DNA of 63,685 bases, filler included, from Actinomycetota bacterium (GTDB taxonomy: Bacteria; Actinomycetota; Actinomycetes; JAKEEW01): assembly GCA_046725875.1 (NCBI GenBank). It is 6 parts of 6 records of this genome, joined end to end, with 100 filler letters (N's around TTAATTAATTAA, not from the genome) between each part and the next. Parts side by side here need not be neighbours in the genome. Positions count along the whole stretch, not along the records: positions 1 to 14,604 come from JBKOZJ010000037.1; 5 more parts are not named here. One strand, 5' to 3'. A model generated the notes under the pieces. It made no database searches and was not told where the DNA came from. It saw only the letters and a program-made list of their open reading frames with translations. Position numbers and translations under genes: made by a program. Each line of letters opens with the position of its first letter. Positions within the stretch are counted from its first letter, which is position 1. Positions 1 to 10,299 of the stretch are shown here, in pieces.

Positions 1-1037
1 TCGTTCGACGCCGCGCCATCGACACCCAGGCCGACCGGCACACCGGCGGCGAGCATGTCCTGAACCGGAGCGATGCCGGCGCCGAGCCGTGCGTTCGAGC
101 TGGGGCAGTGTGCGACGCCGGTGCCCGTCGCCGCGAACCGCTCGATCGACTCCTCGTCCAGCCACACGCAATGTGCCGTCCACACATCGGGACCGAGCCA
201 GCCGAGGTCGGCCAGGTACTCAGTTGGCGTACGGCCGAACAGTTCCTTGCAATACACCTCCTCGTCCAGGGTCTCGGCGAGGTGCGTATGCAGCCGTACC
301 CCACGAGCCCGAGCCAGTTCGGCAGCCTCCCGCATCAGCTCCCCACTTGCGGAGAACGGCGAGCAAGGGGAAACGCCGACCCGCACCAGTGCACCAGGGC
401 GTGGGTCGTGGAAACGGTCGATGGCCTCTGCCGTGGCCGCGAGGGCGGTGTCTCGGTCTTCGACGACCGCATCCGGCGGCAGCCCACCCGCGGACTCGCC
501 CAGGTCCATCGAGCCCCGGGTGGGATGGAAACGCACCCCGATTGCGCGAGCCGCCCCGACCGTCGCCCCGAGCAGATCACCAGAGCCGCGCGGGAAGAGG
601 TAGTGATGGTCAGCGCTCAGCGTGCACCCGGACAGTGCGAGCGCCGCAAGCGCGGCCCGGGCGGCCGCTCCCACAGTCTCCTCGTCGATCCACGACCAGA
701 TCGGATAGAGCGTCTTCAGCCATTCGAACAGGATCGCGTCCTGGGCGAGGCCGCGCGTGGACCACTGATAGAGGTGGTCGTGGGTGTTCACGAGCCCCGG
801 TGTGGCAAGGCAACCGGCGCCGTCGGTGTACTGTGCCCTGCCGACTCGTGGTGCCGGCCCGGCGCCGACCTCCCTTATCCGGTCGCCGACTATGACGATG
901 AAACCTCGCTCGTGCTCCGCACCGGTTGGCGGCCAAGACGGGGGCTGCCCGTCCCGCGTGCCCATAGTGGCGATCGCGCAGCCGTCGATGACGCGCATCG
1001 GTTCGTCGGCGCTTGCGTCGTATCGTTCGCCGGTCAT
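1..1037 (-). CDS. 8-oxoguanine deaminase / amidohydrolase, 3' end outside window (absent from ORF track)
   Basis: Manual minus-strand translation from ATG at 1037, which overlaps the upstream TGA (ATGA): ...[40 protein letters not shown]... and near the window start [38 protein letters not shown]. HxH metal motif; purine catabolism context. Confidence 0.88.
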   Translation of the reverse strand, partial: [345 protein letters not shown]

Positions 1038-1567
1038 GCTCGGACCCCGGTCCTGCGGCTCGCAGCGAGCCGGACGGCGGCGAGGATGTGCTCGTAGCCG
1101 GTGCAGCGGCAGAGGTTTCCGGCCAGCGCTTCGCGGATCTCAGGATCGGATGGCGATGAGTTGCGCTGCAGGAGGTCGTGGACGGCGACGATTAGCCCTG
1201 GCGTGCAGAACCCACACTGCACCGCGCCGGCGTCCAGGAAGGCTTGTTGTACGGGGTGGAGCGGCGGCCCGGTCTCGATGCCGACGGAATCCGTAGTCGA
1301 CCCGGTGGCGGGCGCCCGCGCAGCCCGGGTCAGACCCTCGACGGTCCGGATGGAACGGCCTTCGGCCTGGCCGGCGGCCACCAGGCAGGCACAAACCGGC
1401 ACGCCGTCTAGGTAGACGGTGCATGAGCCACACTCGCCTTGCTCGCAGGCGTTCTTCGATCCCGGCAGCCCCATCCGCTCGCGCAGGACATAAAGCAGGC
1501 TCTCGCCCGGCCAGATGTCGTCCACCTCGCGGACTTCGCCGTTCACCGTGCAACTCAGCCGCATCAT
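1034..1567 (-). CDS. (2Fe-2S)-binding small subunit, xanthine/CO dehydrogenase family
   Basis: C-terminal part of ORF 1034..2290: MMRLSCTVNGE...GSKNACEQGECGSCTV...C...QCGFCTPG...GNLCRCTGY. Start at 1567 overlaps the stop of the FAD subunit. Confidence 0.93.
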   Translation of the reverse strand: MMRLSCTVNGEVREVDDIWPGESLLYVLRERMGLPGSKNACEQGECGSCTVYLDGVPVCACLVAAGQAEGRSIRTVEGLTRAARAPATGSTTDSVGIETGPPLHPVQQAFLDAGAVQCGFCTPGLIVAVHDLLQRNSSPSDPEIREALAGNLCRCTGYEHILAAVRLAASRRTGVRA

Positions 1568-2457
1568 GACTTCCTTCCGCGGGCGGGGCCAGAGCGATTG
1601 GCGTAGTCGGCCCACGCCCAGACCAACGTGCGCCGGGCGAGTACCGCGAGCGAGTGCCGGCGGTACGCCGCGGAGCCGCGGACGTCGTCGATCGGCGACG
1701 CGGCACCGGCGACCAACTCGCCGAAGCGCGAAACGACCGACTCGGGCAGGGGTTTGGGCGACTCCCAGAGGCCACCGCTGGCCAGCTCGCCGGCCAGGAA
1801 CGCGCATGCCTCCGTGGCGAGCACCGGTGTGGGGGCGGCCGAGCCTACGGCGGCGCCCACTTCCTCTCGGTCCGGATGCAGCGCAAGCCCGAGCGAGGCC
1901 ACGGCGATCACCATGGCATTCCGGGTACCGATCTTCGCGAACTGTTGCGGTCCGGCGGCCGGTCGTACGACAAACGCCGCGATCAGCTCGTCCGGCGCGA
2001 GGATGTGGCGCTTGGGGCCGGCAAAGAATTCGGCAACCGGGATCCGCCGGGTTCCGCGCACCGACGCGGCCTCCACGGACGCGCCGCAGGCCAACAATGG
2101 CGGGTGCGCGTCGCCGGCCGGCGACGCAGAGCCGAGATTGCCACCCACCGTCCCGCGGTTGCGGATCTGCGGGGACCCAACAGTTCGCGCGGCCATCGCG
2201 AGCCCGGGCTGCCGGTCCCCGAGCTCGTCGATGATCCTCGTGTAGGTCACGCCTGCGCCGATGCGCAGCGCACCGTTCTGCGGTCCCCACTCCGCGAGCT
2301 CCGGAACCCGGGTGAGGTCCAGGAGGGCAGGTGGCCGGTGCCGGTCGAAGTTCAGCTCGACCATCACGTCCGTGCCGCCGGCGATCGGCAGCGCATCGGG
2401 GTGCTCGGCCTTGACGGCGAGCACGTCAGCCCATGTCGACGGCTGGATGAACTCCAT
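1564..2457 (-). CDS. FAD-binding subunit, xanthine dehydrogenase family
   Basis: IAGGTDVMV, VGSPQIRNRGTVGGNLGSASPAGD and SPIDDVRGSAAYRR motifs. Confidence 0.93.
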   Translation of the reverse strand: MEFIQPSTWADVLAVKAEHPDALPIAGGTDVMVELNFDRHRPPALLDLTRVPELAEWGPQNGALRIGAGVTYTRIIDELGDRQPGLAMAARTVGSPQIRNRGTVGGNLGSASPAGDAHPPLLACGASVEAASVRGTRRIPVAEFFAGPKRHILAPDELIAAFVVRPAAGPQQFAKIGTRNAMVIAVASLGLALHPDREEVGAAVGSAAPTPVLATEACAFLAGELASGGLWESPKPLPESVVSRFGELVAGAASPIDDVRGSAAYRRHSLAVLARRTLVWAWADYANRSGPARGRKS

Positions 2458-2460
2458 CGG

Positions 2461-3474
2461 TCACCACCCCAATCCACCATCCTCCGCCTCGCCACCGGGT
2501 GGCGGGCGGTCCTGCTCCTGCTGGATCGACGACGCGGCGGTGCCGGGCATGGACCGGGTAACGGTCCCCTCGATAAGACCGTGCGGGTGGTCGGACACCA
2601 CGAACACCTGATTGTCGTTGGCGAGCCCGAACGCCGACAGGTCGACCGGCGTGTGGTGGACGTTCGGCAGCGACAGTCTGATCGCGGCGATCTCCGGCCG
2701 GTGTTCGAGCACGCGCGCCCCCATCGCGTAGAGAGTCTGCTGCAGCGACCGTGAGTAGGTCTCGACGAACGCCTCCACGAGGTGACGCCGGGTCTCGGCG
2801 TAGATCGTCGCCCAGTCGAAGCGTCCGTCCCGCTCGCCAGACCGCAGCTGGAGTTCTAGACCCGGGACCGCTCCCTGGACGCCTGACGCCCCGGCCTCGA
2901 TAGGAGGGATGTCCCCCTCCGCTCTCGAGGTATAGATCCAGAGCGCGGTGATCCGGGTGGCCAGGATGCGGTCCCAGGCCTCGGGCAGAGTCGTATAGCG
3001 GTCAGCCGCGAAGCCCGCGAACTCCGAGCCGGTCGTCTTCACGATCCGCAGCTCGAGCAGGCCCGACCGGATCTCGGTGAGGGCACCTTCGCGATGCCTG
3101 GCCCGCGCGTATCGCAGCCCGCCGTCGGCGCTGAACGAGTACGGCCCCATGCGGGCCCAGCCGTGCTCCTCGATCCGTACCGTGGCCCGGCCGACGGGCG
3201 CGTGCGAGTCGACGAAGTGCCGGGCCAGCAGCGCGGCAAAGTCCTCGATTTCCCCGACGCCGTGCTCCTTCGCGAGGGCATACACGGTGTTCTTCTGCGT
3301 GTCGGTGGGCAGCACCTGTGTGTTGTCGCCGGTCAGGAAGCTCGCCGCGAAGTCACCCTCGAGGGCGACGCTCACGGTCAGGTCGCGGAACTGGTGCCTG
3401 TCTCCGTCCCGCCGCACGTAGGCGAGCCGAATCCCGGCCTTTCCGTAGTCGTTCTGCCCGAGCTTTATGTCCAT
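2461..3474 (-). CDS. pucL: urate oxidase (uricase)
   Basis: LGQNDYGKA, VLPTDTQKNTVY, KTTGSEFAGF..DRYTTLPE, SLQQTLY, LPNVHH. Confidence 0.95.
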   Translation of the reverse strand: MDIKLGQNDYGKAGIRLAYVRRDGDRHQFRDLTVSVALEGDFAASFLTGDNTQVLPTDTQKNTVYALAKEHGVGEIEDFAALLARHFVDSHAPVGRATVRIEEHGWARMGPYSFSADGGLRYARARHREGALTEIRSGLLELRIVKTTGSEFAGFAADRYTTLPEAWDRILATRITALWIYTSRAEGDIPPIEAGASGVQGAVPGLELQLRSGERDGRFDWATIYAETRRHLVEAFVETYSRSLQQTLYAMGARVLEHRPEIAAIRLSLPNVHHTPVDLSAFGLANDNQVFVVSDHPHGLIEGTVTRSMPGTAASSIQQEQDRPPPGGEAEDGGLGW

Positions 3475-3478
3475 GGCC

Positions 3479-3853
3479 CTAGCTACCGCGATAGGTGGCG
3501 TATGAGTACGGGCCGGCCAGCAGCGGAACGTGATAGTGCTCGCCGGTATCGCCCACGGTGAAATCGACGTTCACCTTGGGGAAGAACGGTCGGAATCCGC
3601 TGGCCGCGAAGTAGTCGCCGACCGCGAACACGAGGCGGTAGCTGCCGGCTTCCGCTCCGCCGGCTGGCTCCAGGTGTCGCACCCGACCGTCGGCATCTGT
3701 CGTCCCCGCGCCGACCTCGGACCAGCCGCCGCCGAGCCGGCGCTGGAGCCGTACCGGAAGCCCGGCCGCCGGTCGGCCCGCTGTGACGTCCAGAACATGC
3801 GTCGAGATCGTGGCCCCCGCGGTCCCCCTGCTCTGCTCCGCCGGGCTGTTCAT
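3479..3853 (-). CDS. uraH: 5-hydroxyisourate hydrolase
   Basis: ISTHVLD...GRPAAG...TDADGR...YHVPLLAGPYSYATYRGS C-terminal signature; ATG at 3853 coupled to the uraD stop. Confidence 0.95.
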   Translation of the reverse strand: MNSPAEQSRGTAGATISTHVLDVTAGRPAAGLPVRLQRRLGGGWSEVGAGTTDADGRVRHLEPAGGAEAGSYRLVFAVGDYFAASGFRPFFPKVNVDFTVGDTGEHYHVPLLAGPYSYATYRGS

Positions 3854-4494
3854 GCTTCCTTGGACCGCTCTGGCCGACCGCTCGTAGGCAGAGCGCGGGC
3901 CCCGTCCACGGCTCCCGGATCGGCGAGCAGCTTTCGCAGGCGCATCGCTGTGATCTTCCTTAGCTCCTCGCGGACGATCTTCATCTCGGTGTCCGGGTCG
4001 TTCCCAAGCCGCTGCCGCAGTGCCGCGAGCATCTCGTCGGCGCTCAGTCCGGTCGCGCAGATAAGGAAGACGTGTCCGAACCGCTTCTCGTACGCATGGT
4101 TCCCGGCCGTCAAGGCGGCCAAAGTCTCCGCACCAGCCCCGGCCACGCCCGCCTGCTCCTGCCGCGACCACCCCCCCGCTTTCGCATGAACGGCACGTTC
4201 AGTCGATAGGTTCGAGCCAATGTGCCGTTCATCCTCGGCGGGTTCGCATGAATGGACCGTTGGTTCAAACCGCTCGCCAATCCGAGGATGCGCGTCCAGT
4301 GCCGTTGACACGTCAGCTGGCGTCATCCGTAGGAAGGCATCGTCAGAGGCGGCGAGCAACGCGGCGAGATCGGGGTAGGGCCGGCCGGCCGCCACCGCGG
4401 TGACCCACGACAGCGCCGAGCAGCACTGTACGAGTTCCCGCTCCGCATCCTCGCGCGGGAGCCCATTCAGCCAGCCGAGCCGGTTAGCAGTCAC
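3850..4494 (-). CDS. uraD: OHCU decarboxylase
   Basis: ALDAHPRIGE, SRQEQAG, NHAYEKRFGHVFLICATG, EELRKITAMRL. Start inferred at GTG 4494. Contains an in-frame palindromic insert (see findings). Confidence 0.9.
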   Translation of the reverse strand: MTANRLGWLNGLPREDAERELVQCCSALSWVTAVAAGRPYPDLAALLAASDDAFLRMTPADVSTALDAHPRIGERFEPTVHSCEPAEDERHIGSNLSTERAVHAKAGGWSRQEQAGVAGAGAETLAALTAGNHAYEKRFGHVFLICATGLSADEMLAALRQRLGNDPDTEMKIVREELRKITAMRLRKLLADPGAVDGARALPTSGRPERSKEA

Positions 4495-4649
4495 GGCGGA
4501 GCCACCCGGCCAGACCCTGGTATGACTCTGTCCATCCAACTGATCGCCCCCGCGATATCGAGATGATCGCTCAAGACCCACGACACTAGACTCGTCGGCA
4601 ATCCCGCAAGCCCATAGCCCGTACGCTTGCCAAACCCAGGACCACTCAT

Positions 4650-5759
4650 ATGTCGGCACCTAATAAGATTTACGACCCGGTGGAGGTCGCCGTGCTCCAA
4701 CCGGAGGCGGTCGCCAGGATGCGCGACGAGGCGCTCGCCGCGATCGCCGCAGCGGCGAGCCTCGACGAGCTGAAAGGCGCCAAGGTCGCCCACGCCGGCG
4801 ACCGGTCGCCGCTGGCGCTCGCCAACCGGGAGATCGGCGCGCTTCCCCCGGCCGCGCGGGCCGATGCTGGACGGCGCGTTGGCAGCGCCCGTAAGGAGGT
4901 GGCGGACGCGCTCGCGGCACGGCAGTCCGAGCTGGAGGCCGAACGAGACGTCCGGGTACTCGTCGAAGAGGCGGTCGATGTCACGCTCCCGACCCAGCGC
5001 GGGCGGCGCGGGGCCCGACACCCGCTGACCACGATCCAGGAGCGGGTGGGCGACATCTTCGTCTCGATGGGTTGGGAGATCGCCGAGGGGCCCGAGCTCG
5101 AGGCCGAGTGGTACAACTTCGACGCCCTCAACATGCAAGAAGGCCATCCGGCGCGGACCATGATGGACACCTTCTTCGTGGCGCCCGCGGGCACAAACCG
5201 AGTGCTCCGTACCCACACGTCGCCGGTCCAGGCGCGCGCGATGCTCTCCCGAGGCGTGCCGCTCTACGTCATCTGCCCGGGTCGGACCTTCCGCACCGAC
5301 GAGATGGATGCCACCCACTCGCCCGTGTTCCACCAGGTCGAGGGGCTCGCGGTGGACGAGGGCATCACGATGGCTCACCTCAAGGGAACTCTCGATCACT
5401 TCGCCTCGGTAATGTTCGGCGCTGACCTGCGGACCCGGTTCCGGCCGTCGTACTTCCCCTTCACGGAGCCGTCCGCCGAGCTCGACATCGAGTGCTTCGT
5501 CTGCCGGGGCGGGTCGGTCAGGCCGGGCGCGCCGCCGTGCCGCACCTGTGGGTCGGAGGGGTGGATCGAGTGGGGCGGCTGCGGGATGGTCAACCCGCGG
5601 GTCTTGGTCGCCTGCGGCGTCGACCCGGACCGCTACACCGGATTCGCCTTCGGGATGGGCCTGGAACGAGCGTTGATGTTCCGCCATGGGGTGGCGGACA
5701 TGCGCGACATGTTCGAGGGTGACGTGCGCTTCACGACCGCCTTCGGGACGGAGATCTGA
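4650..5759 (+). CDS. pheS: phenylalanine--tRNA ligase alpha subunit
   Basis: [61 protein letters not shown]. Confidence 0.98.
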   Translation: MSAPNKIYDPVEVAVLQPEAVARMRDEALAAIAAAASLDELKGAKVAHAGDRSPLALANREIGALPPAARADAGRRVGSARKEVADALAARQSELEAERDVRVLVEEAVDVTLPTQRGRRGARHPLTTIQERVGDIFVSMGWEIAEGPELEAEWYNFDALNMQEGHPARTMMDTFFVAPAGTNRVLRTHTSPVQARAMLSRGVPLYVICPGRTFRTDEMDATHSPVFHQVEGLAVDEGITMAHLKGTLDHFASVMFGADLRTRFRPSYFPFTEPSAELDIECFVCRGGSVRPGAPPCRTCGSEGWIEWGGCGMVNPRVLVACGVDPDRYTGFAFGMGLERALMFRHGVADMRDMFEGDVRFTTAFGTEI

Positions 5760-8314
5760 TGCGCGTCCCACTGTCGTGGCTGCGTGAGTACGCAGACATT
5801 CCCGCCGACGCAGCTGGGCACGACGTTGCCGAGCGGCTCATCCGGGCCGGCTTGGAGGTCGAGACCGTCCACCAGCTCGGCATAGACATCACCGGCCCAA
5901 TTGTCATCGGCGAGGTGCGTGAGATCGAGGAAGTGACCGGTCTCAAGAAGCCCATTCGCTATTGCCAGGTCGACGTCGGCGAGGCGAATGGCGGAGTGCG
6001 CGGAATTATCTGCGGCGCGACGAACTTCGTGGTCGGCGACCGCGTCGTGGTCGCGCTGCCCGGCGCGATCCTGCCGGGGCCGTTCGCGATCAGCGCCCGC
6101 AAGACCTACGACCACATCTCGGACGGCATGATCTCCTCGGCTCGGGAGCTGGGTCTCGGTGAGGAGCACACGGGGATCATCGTGCTGCACCCTGGCGAGA
6201 CGGCCGGGTCCCCGACCGGCCCGGACCTCGCGAGCCTGCCGCTCGGAAGCGACGCGATCGAGCCGCTCGGGCTGCGCGAGGACGTGCTCGACATCGCGGT
6301 CACGCCTGATCGCGGCTACGGCTTGTCTGTACGGGGGATCGCACGGGAAGCGGCTACCTCATATGGTGTCGCGTTTCGGGATCCCGCAGCCGCGGTCGAC
6401 ATCGCGGCGGCGGACGGACCTGCCGAACCCTACCCGGCGTCGATCGACGATCCGACCGCATGCGATCGCTTTGTCCTGCGCACAGTCACCGGCTTCGATC
6501 CCGGGCGGCCGAGCCCGCTTTGGCTGCGGTACCGATTGCACTTGTGCGGCCTGCGGTCGGTGTCGCTCGCCGTCGACGTCACCAACTACCTCATGCTCGA
6601 GCTCGGCCAGCCGTTGCACGCATTCGACCGGTCGAAACTGTCCGGCCGGATCGTCGTGCGCCGCGCCCGCCCCGGGGAGCGGTTGGAGACCTTGGACCAC
6701 ATGGTCCAGGACCTGCATCCGGACGACATCCTCATCACCGACGCGGCCGGGCCACTCTCGCTCGCCGGCACGATAGGCGGCCTGCACAGCGAGATCGACG
6801 ACCGCTCCACTGATCTGGTCATCGAGGCCGCGCACTTCGACGCCCTCGGCACGGCCAAGATGGGCCGTCGGCACGGTGTGTCCAGCGAGGCGTCCCGACG
6901 GTTCGAGCGCGGCGTCGACCGTGAGCTGCCGCCCGCCGCGGCGGCCAAGGCCGTCCAGCTGCTGAGCGCACTCGGCGGCGGGACCCTGGGCGGGCAGACG
7001 GACACAAACCTGCCGCCGGAGCCCGTACGCATCACCATCCCAGCATCCCGTCCGGGCCAGATCGCGGGACATGACATCCCGGCCGAGCGGGTCGTGTCCT
7101 ATCTCATGAGCGTCGGCTGCGCCATCGAGGTCGATGCGAGGCCGTCGACGAGGGCGGCCGCCGCGGACGCCGCCCTGCTCCTCGTCACACCCCCGAGCTG
7201 GCGGCCCGACCTCACCGACCCAGCCGACCTCGACGAAGAGGTCATCCGGCTCGAGGGATACGACACGGTGCGAGGCGTCCTGCCGGTCGCTCCGGCAGGT
7301 CGGGGGCTGACGCCACGGCAGCGCATGCGGCGCCGGATCGGCCGGGCGCTCGCCGGCGCCGGCTACGTGGAGGTGCTCGCCTTCCCGTTCATCGGGCCGG
7401 CCGACCTCGACGCGCTCGGGCTCGACGAGGACGACCCGCGCCGGCAGACATTGCGGCTGCTCAACCCGTTGTCACAAGAGCAGCCGCTGCTCCGCACGAC
7501 CCTGCTCCCCGGGCTGCTCACGATCGCCCGCCGCAACATCAGCCGCGGCTTCCCCGACCTTGCGCTGTTCGAGACGGGAACCGTCTTCCGGCCCACCGAC
7601 AAGGAGGGCGACCCGGCGGCCCTGTTGGGGGTGATGTCGGCCCCGACAGCGAAGGAGCTCGAGGAGCTCGACGCAGCGCTGCCTCGGCAACCTTGGCGGG
7701 TGGCGGTCGTACTGACCGAACGGTGGGAGCCGGACGGCTGGTGGGGAGCCGGCCGCGCCGCAACCTGGGCGGACGCCATCGAGGCCGCCCGCGTGGTCGT
7801 CGCCGAGGCTGGTGCGACCTTGGATGTACGGGCCGACGACCATGCGCCGTGGCACCCCGGTCGGTGCGCTGCACTCATCGTCGGCGACCGGTTGATCGGC
7901 CATGCGGGCGAGCTGCATCCCAGAGTTGTAGCAGCCTACGAGCTGCCCCCGCGAACGTGCGCGATGGAACTCGAACTGGATGCGTTCGAGCCGGTGTCGG
8001 ACCCAGTCCCGCTCGCTCGGACGATCTCGACCTATCCGGTCGCGATTCAGGATGTGGCCCTGGTCGTCCCGGACGTTGTACCGGCAGCGGCGGTGCAGGC
8101 GGCGCTCCGCGACGGCGCCGGCGAGCTGCTCGAGTCGATCAGCCTGTTCGACGTCTACACCGGCGCCCAGATCGGCGAGGGCAGGCGCTCGCTCGCGTTC
8201 ACGCTACGGTTCCGCGCCCCGGACCGCACCCTTACCGTCGAGGAGACGACCGCCGCCCGCGATGCCGCCGTCGCGGAAGCCGCGCGCCGACTCGGCGCGG
8301 TGCTGCGCGGTTAG
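5759..8314 (+). CDS. pheT: phenylalanine--tRNA ligase beta subunit
   Basis: [80 protein letters not shown] coupling with pheS. Confidence 0.98.
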   Translation: MRVPLSWLREYADIPADAAGHDVAERLIRAGLEVETVHQLGIDITGPIVIGEVREIEEVTGLKKPIRYCQVDVGEANGGVRGIICGATNFVVGDRVVVALPGAILPGPFAISARKTYDHISDGMISSARELGLGEEHTGIIVLHPGETAGSPTGPDLASLPLGSDAIEPLGLREDVLDIAVTPDRGYGLSVRGIAREAATSYGVAFRDPAAAVDIAAADGPAEPYPASIDDPTACDRFVLRTVTGFDPGRPSPLWLRYRLHLCGLRSVSLAVDVTNYLMLELGQPLHAFDRSKLSGRIVVRRARPGERLETLDHMVQDLHPDDILITDAAGPLSLAGTIGGLHSEIDDRSTDLVIEAAHFDALGTAKMGRRHGVSSEASRRFERGVDRELPPAAAAKAVQLLSALGGGTLGGQTDTNLPPEPVRITIPASRPGQIAGHDIPAERVVSYLMSVGCAIEVDARPSTRAAAADAALLLVTPPSWRPDLTDPADLDEEVIRLEGYDTVRGVLPVAPAGRGLTPRQRMRRRIGRALAGAGYVEVLAFPFIGPADLDALGLDEDDPRRQTLRLLNPLSQEQPLLRTTLLPGLLTIARRNISRGFPDLALFETGTVFRPTDKEGDPAALLGVMSAPTAKELEELDAALPRQPWRVAVVLTERWEPDGWWGAGRAATWADAIEAARVVVAEAGATLDVRADDHAPWHPGRCAALIVGDRLIGHAGELHPRVVAAYELPPRTCAMELELDAFEPVSDPVPLARTISTYPVAIQDVALVVPDVVPAAAVQAALRDGAGELLESISLFDVYTGAQIGEGRRSLAFTLRFRAPDRTLTVEETTAARDAAVAEAARRLGAVLRG

Positions 8315-8448
8315 CAGGCCGGCGCTTCGATGGCCGACCGCACCCTGGGGCGGTCGTTGACGAGGAACGCCAAAATGCTGCAGTCCTAGCTGGCGCGGGA
8401 GTAGGCACCCTTCTCCTGCGCCGGACAAAAGAACGGCGCGGCAAGCCG

Positions 8449-9147
8449 CTATCCGATGTTCTTGAGGGCCTCGCGTTTGGATAGCGGAGCAAGGCTCTCG
8501 GATCGGGCAGCGACGAAGCTCCGCACCCAGGCCGGATCTCGCTTCGCGTACTCGCGCAGGGCCCAGCCGATCGCCTTGCGGATGAAGAAGTCCCGGTCGG
8601 CGGCGTTCACCTCGATCGCATAGGTCAGCAAATCGCGGTCGGTCGCGTCCTTACTCCCGACCTGGCAGATGATCGCGGAGCGCCGTTTCCAGAGGTCGCC
8701 GTCGGTCGCCCATGCACGCATCTCCGGCTCCACCGCTAATGCCTGGGCGCGCAAGATTGGCCCGATCCGGTGGATCGCCACGTCATCGACGTAGTCCCAC
8801 CACGCGCCGCTCGTCACGAGCTCCTCGTAAAGACCGGTCACCAGGTCAGGACGTTGGTAGCCCGCGTAGGCACGGTAGCCGGCCAGCCCGATTGCGGCGT
8901 AGCGCTCCTCCCGGTGCGTCGCCTCCCGCCACAAACGGTGGACCGCAGCGAGCCATCCGGACCGGTCAGGGAGCGGGTGAGCAGCGAACACACGGGCGAA
9001 CAGCGCCTTCTGCGCCGGCGACTGGACGCCGTAGTAAGGCAGCGTCGACTTCATATAGGCCTGCATCCGCGGAGCCTTGGCCGGATCGGCCGCCGTCTGC
9101 AGACCCATTCGGACAGCATCGACCAGCTCAACCACGGCGTCCGACAC
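8449..9147 (-). CDS. DNA alkylation repair protein (AlkD-like HEAT family)
   Basis: MQAYMKS..PYYGV, WWDYVD, DLWKRRSAI, DFFIRKAIGWALREYAK, LSKREALK. Confidence 0.88.
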   Translation of the reverse strand: MSDAVVELVDAVRMGLQTAADPAKAPRMQAYMKSTLPYYGVQSPAQKALFARVFAAHPLPDRSGWLAAVHRLWREATHREERYAAIGLAGYRAYAGYQRPDLVTGLYEELVTSGAWWDYVDDVAIHRIGPILRAQALAVEPEMRAWATDGDLWKRRSAIICQVGSKDATDRDLLTYAIEVNAADRDFFIRKAIGWALREYAKRDPAWVRSFVAARSESLAPLSKREALKNIG

Positions 9148-9341
9148 GGCTGGAGGTTAGCCTGGGCCTCCATCAGTGGCCAGACTGCTCCTTTCCGCGA
9201 CGCGGATCGGCCGCGGAAAGCAGCACAGCCATGGGCACGGCTCGCACGCGGGCTGATAGCGGCCGAGCGCGACCACCGACTCCCTCACGTCGGCGAAGGG
9301 GGCACAATCGCCCGCTCAACCGGCCCTGCCCAAGGAAGCAG

Positions 9342-9379
9342 ATTGCATGAGCATGGACTATGCTGCATAGGTATTCAGA
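9342..9379 (+). promoter_or_regulatory. tandem ARG boxes (ArgR operator)
   Basis: TGCATGAGCATGGA (9344-9357) and TGCATAGGTATTCA (9364-9377) repeat at a 20-bp period and match the actinobacterial TGCATA-N3-ATGCA-type box; they lie upstream of the arg remnants and argR. Confidence 0.8.
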
Positions 9380-9385
9380 GTAAAG

Positions 9386-9555
9386 GTGGGTGCCAGTCGG
9401 ACGACGGTCGCCGTCGCAGGGCCGGTTACATGGTTAGCGATGTGGCGCCGGACGTTATCCGGCTCGCGCCACCGCTGATCCTCACCACCAGGCAGGCCGA
9501 CGGCTTTGGGGCGGCACTGCCGGCAATTCTCGATGCGGCAACTCGGGAGGCGTGA
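9386..9555 (+). pseudogene. argD: fused remnant: first ~12 codons of argC-like gene joined out of frame to the last ~44 codons of argD
   Basis: GTG 9386 reads MGASRTTVAVAG (ArgC-like Rossmann start). From 9421 another frame reads [44 protein letters not shown], the typical acetylornithine aminotransferase C-terminus. Confidence 0.72.
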
Positions 9556-9632
9556 TGCCACCGCGGGACGAGGCGGACAACCGGCTACATGCGCGCGAGG
9601 TCCTGCTCACCTGGCCGGTTGGGTGGCCGTGA
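9555..9632 (+). pseudogene. argF: ornithine carbamoyltransferase remnant (internal deletion, 25 aa)
   Basis: [25 protein letters not shown] resembles the OTC C-terminal motif DEAENRLH.QK.LL.W; TGATG overlaps at both ends. Confidence 0.7.
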
Positions 9633-10183
9633 TGGCCGATCGCTCGACGCCGGATGGCCGCTCCCTCGCCCTGCACGGCGGAATACCGCAGACGAAGGCC
9701 GCCCGGCAGCGCCGGATTGTCGAGCTGCTCACCCGCACGACCGTCCGTTCGCAGGCTCAGCTTGGCCGGCTCCTGGCGTCGGACGGCATCGAGGTGACCC
9801 AGGCGACGCTCTCCCGGGACCTGGAGGAACTTGGCGCCGTGAAGATCCGCGACTCCTGGGGTCAACTCGTGTATGCAGTGCCAGCCGAGGGCGGCGACCG
9901 TCGGCCCCGGCTCGCATCGGAGCCGGCCACCGGCCAAAACCGGCTGGCCCGCGCCGCCGGCGAGCTGCTTGTCGCCGCGGAGTCGTCGGCAAATCTCGTG
10001 GTGTTGCGTACGCCACCAGGGGCGGCACAGTTCCTCGCCTCCGTCGTCGACCAGTCGGCCATGCCCACCGTGCTCGGAACCATCGCCGGTGACGATACGG
10101 TCGTGGTGATCGCCCGAGATCCGGACGGCGGACCCGCGCTCGCGACACAACTCCTCAGCCTCGCCCAATCGAACCGGTCGTGA
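9632..10183 (+). CDS. argR: arginine repressor
   Basis: [15 protein letters not shown]...SQAQL...[17 protein letters not shown]...[18 protein letters not shown]...LGTIAGDDT. Confidence 0.96.
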   Translation: MADRSTPDGRSLALHGGIPQTKAARQRRIVELLTRTTVRSQAQLGRLLASDGIEVTQATLSRDLEELGAVKIRDSWGQLVYAVPAEGGDRRPRLASEPATGQNRLARAAGELLVAAESSANLVVLRTPPGAAQFLASVVDQSAMPTVLGTIAGDDTVVVIARDPDGGPALATQLLSLAQSNRS

Positions 10184-10299
10184 ACCGGCCGACGCACACC
10201 GGTTGATCAGCCCGGCATGGCTGGGCTCCGGGCACCCACAAGCCCACGCTAGGTGTCCGCTTGGCCGCTCGTAGGTCTCCAGTGCGGGAGGATGGGCGG

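Noticed and set aside
1034..2290. 418-aa fusion protein containing the 2Fe-2S domain
   Set aside because: The N-terminal part is an off-frame reading of the FAD subunit; the real start is at 1567/1564.
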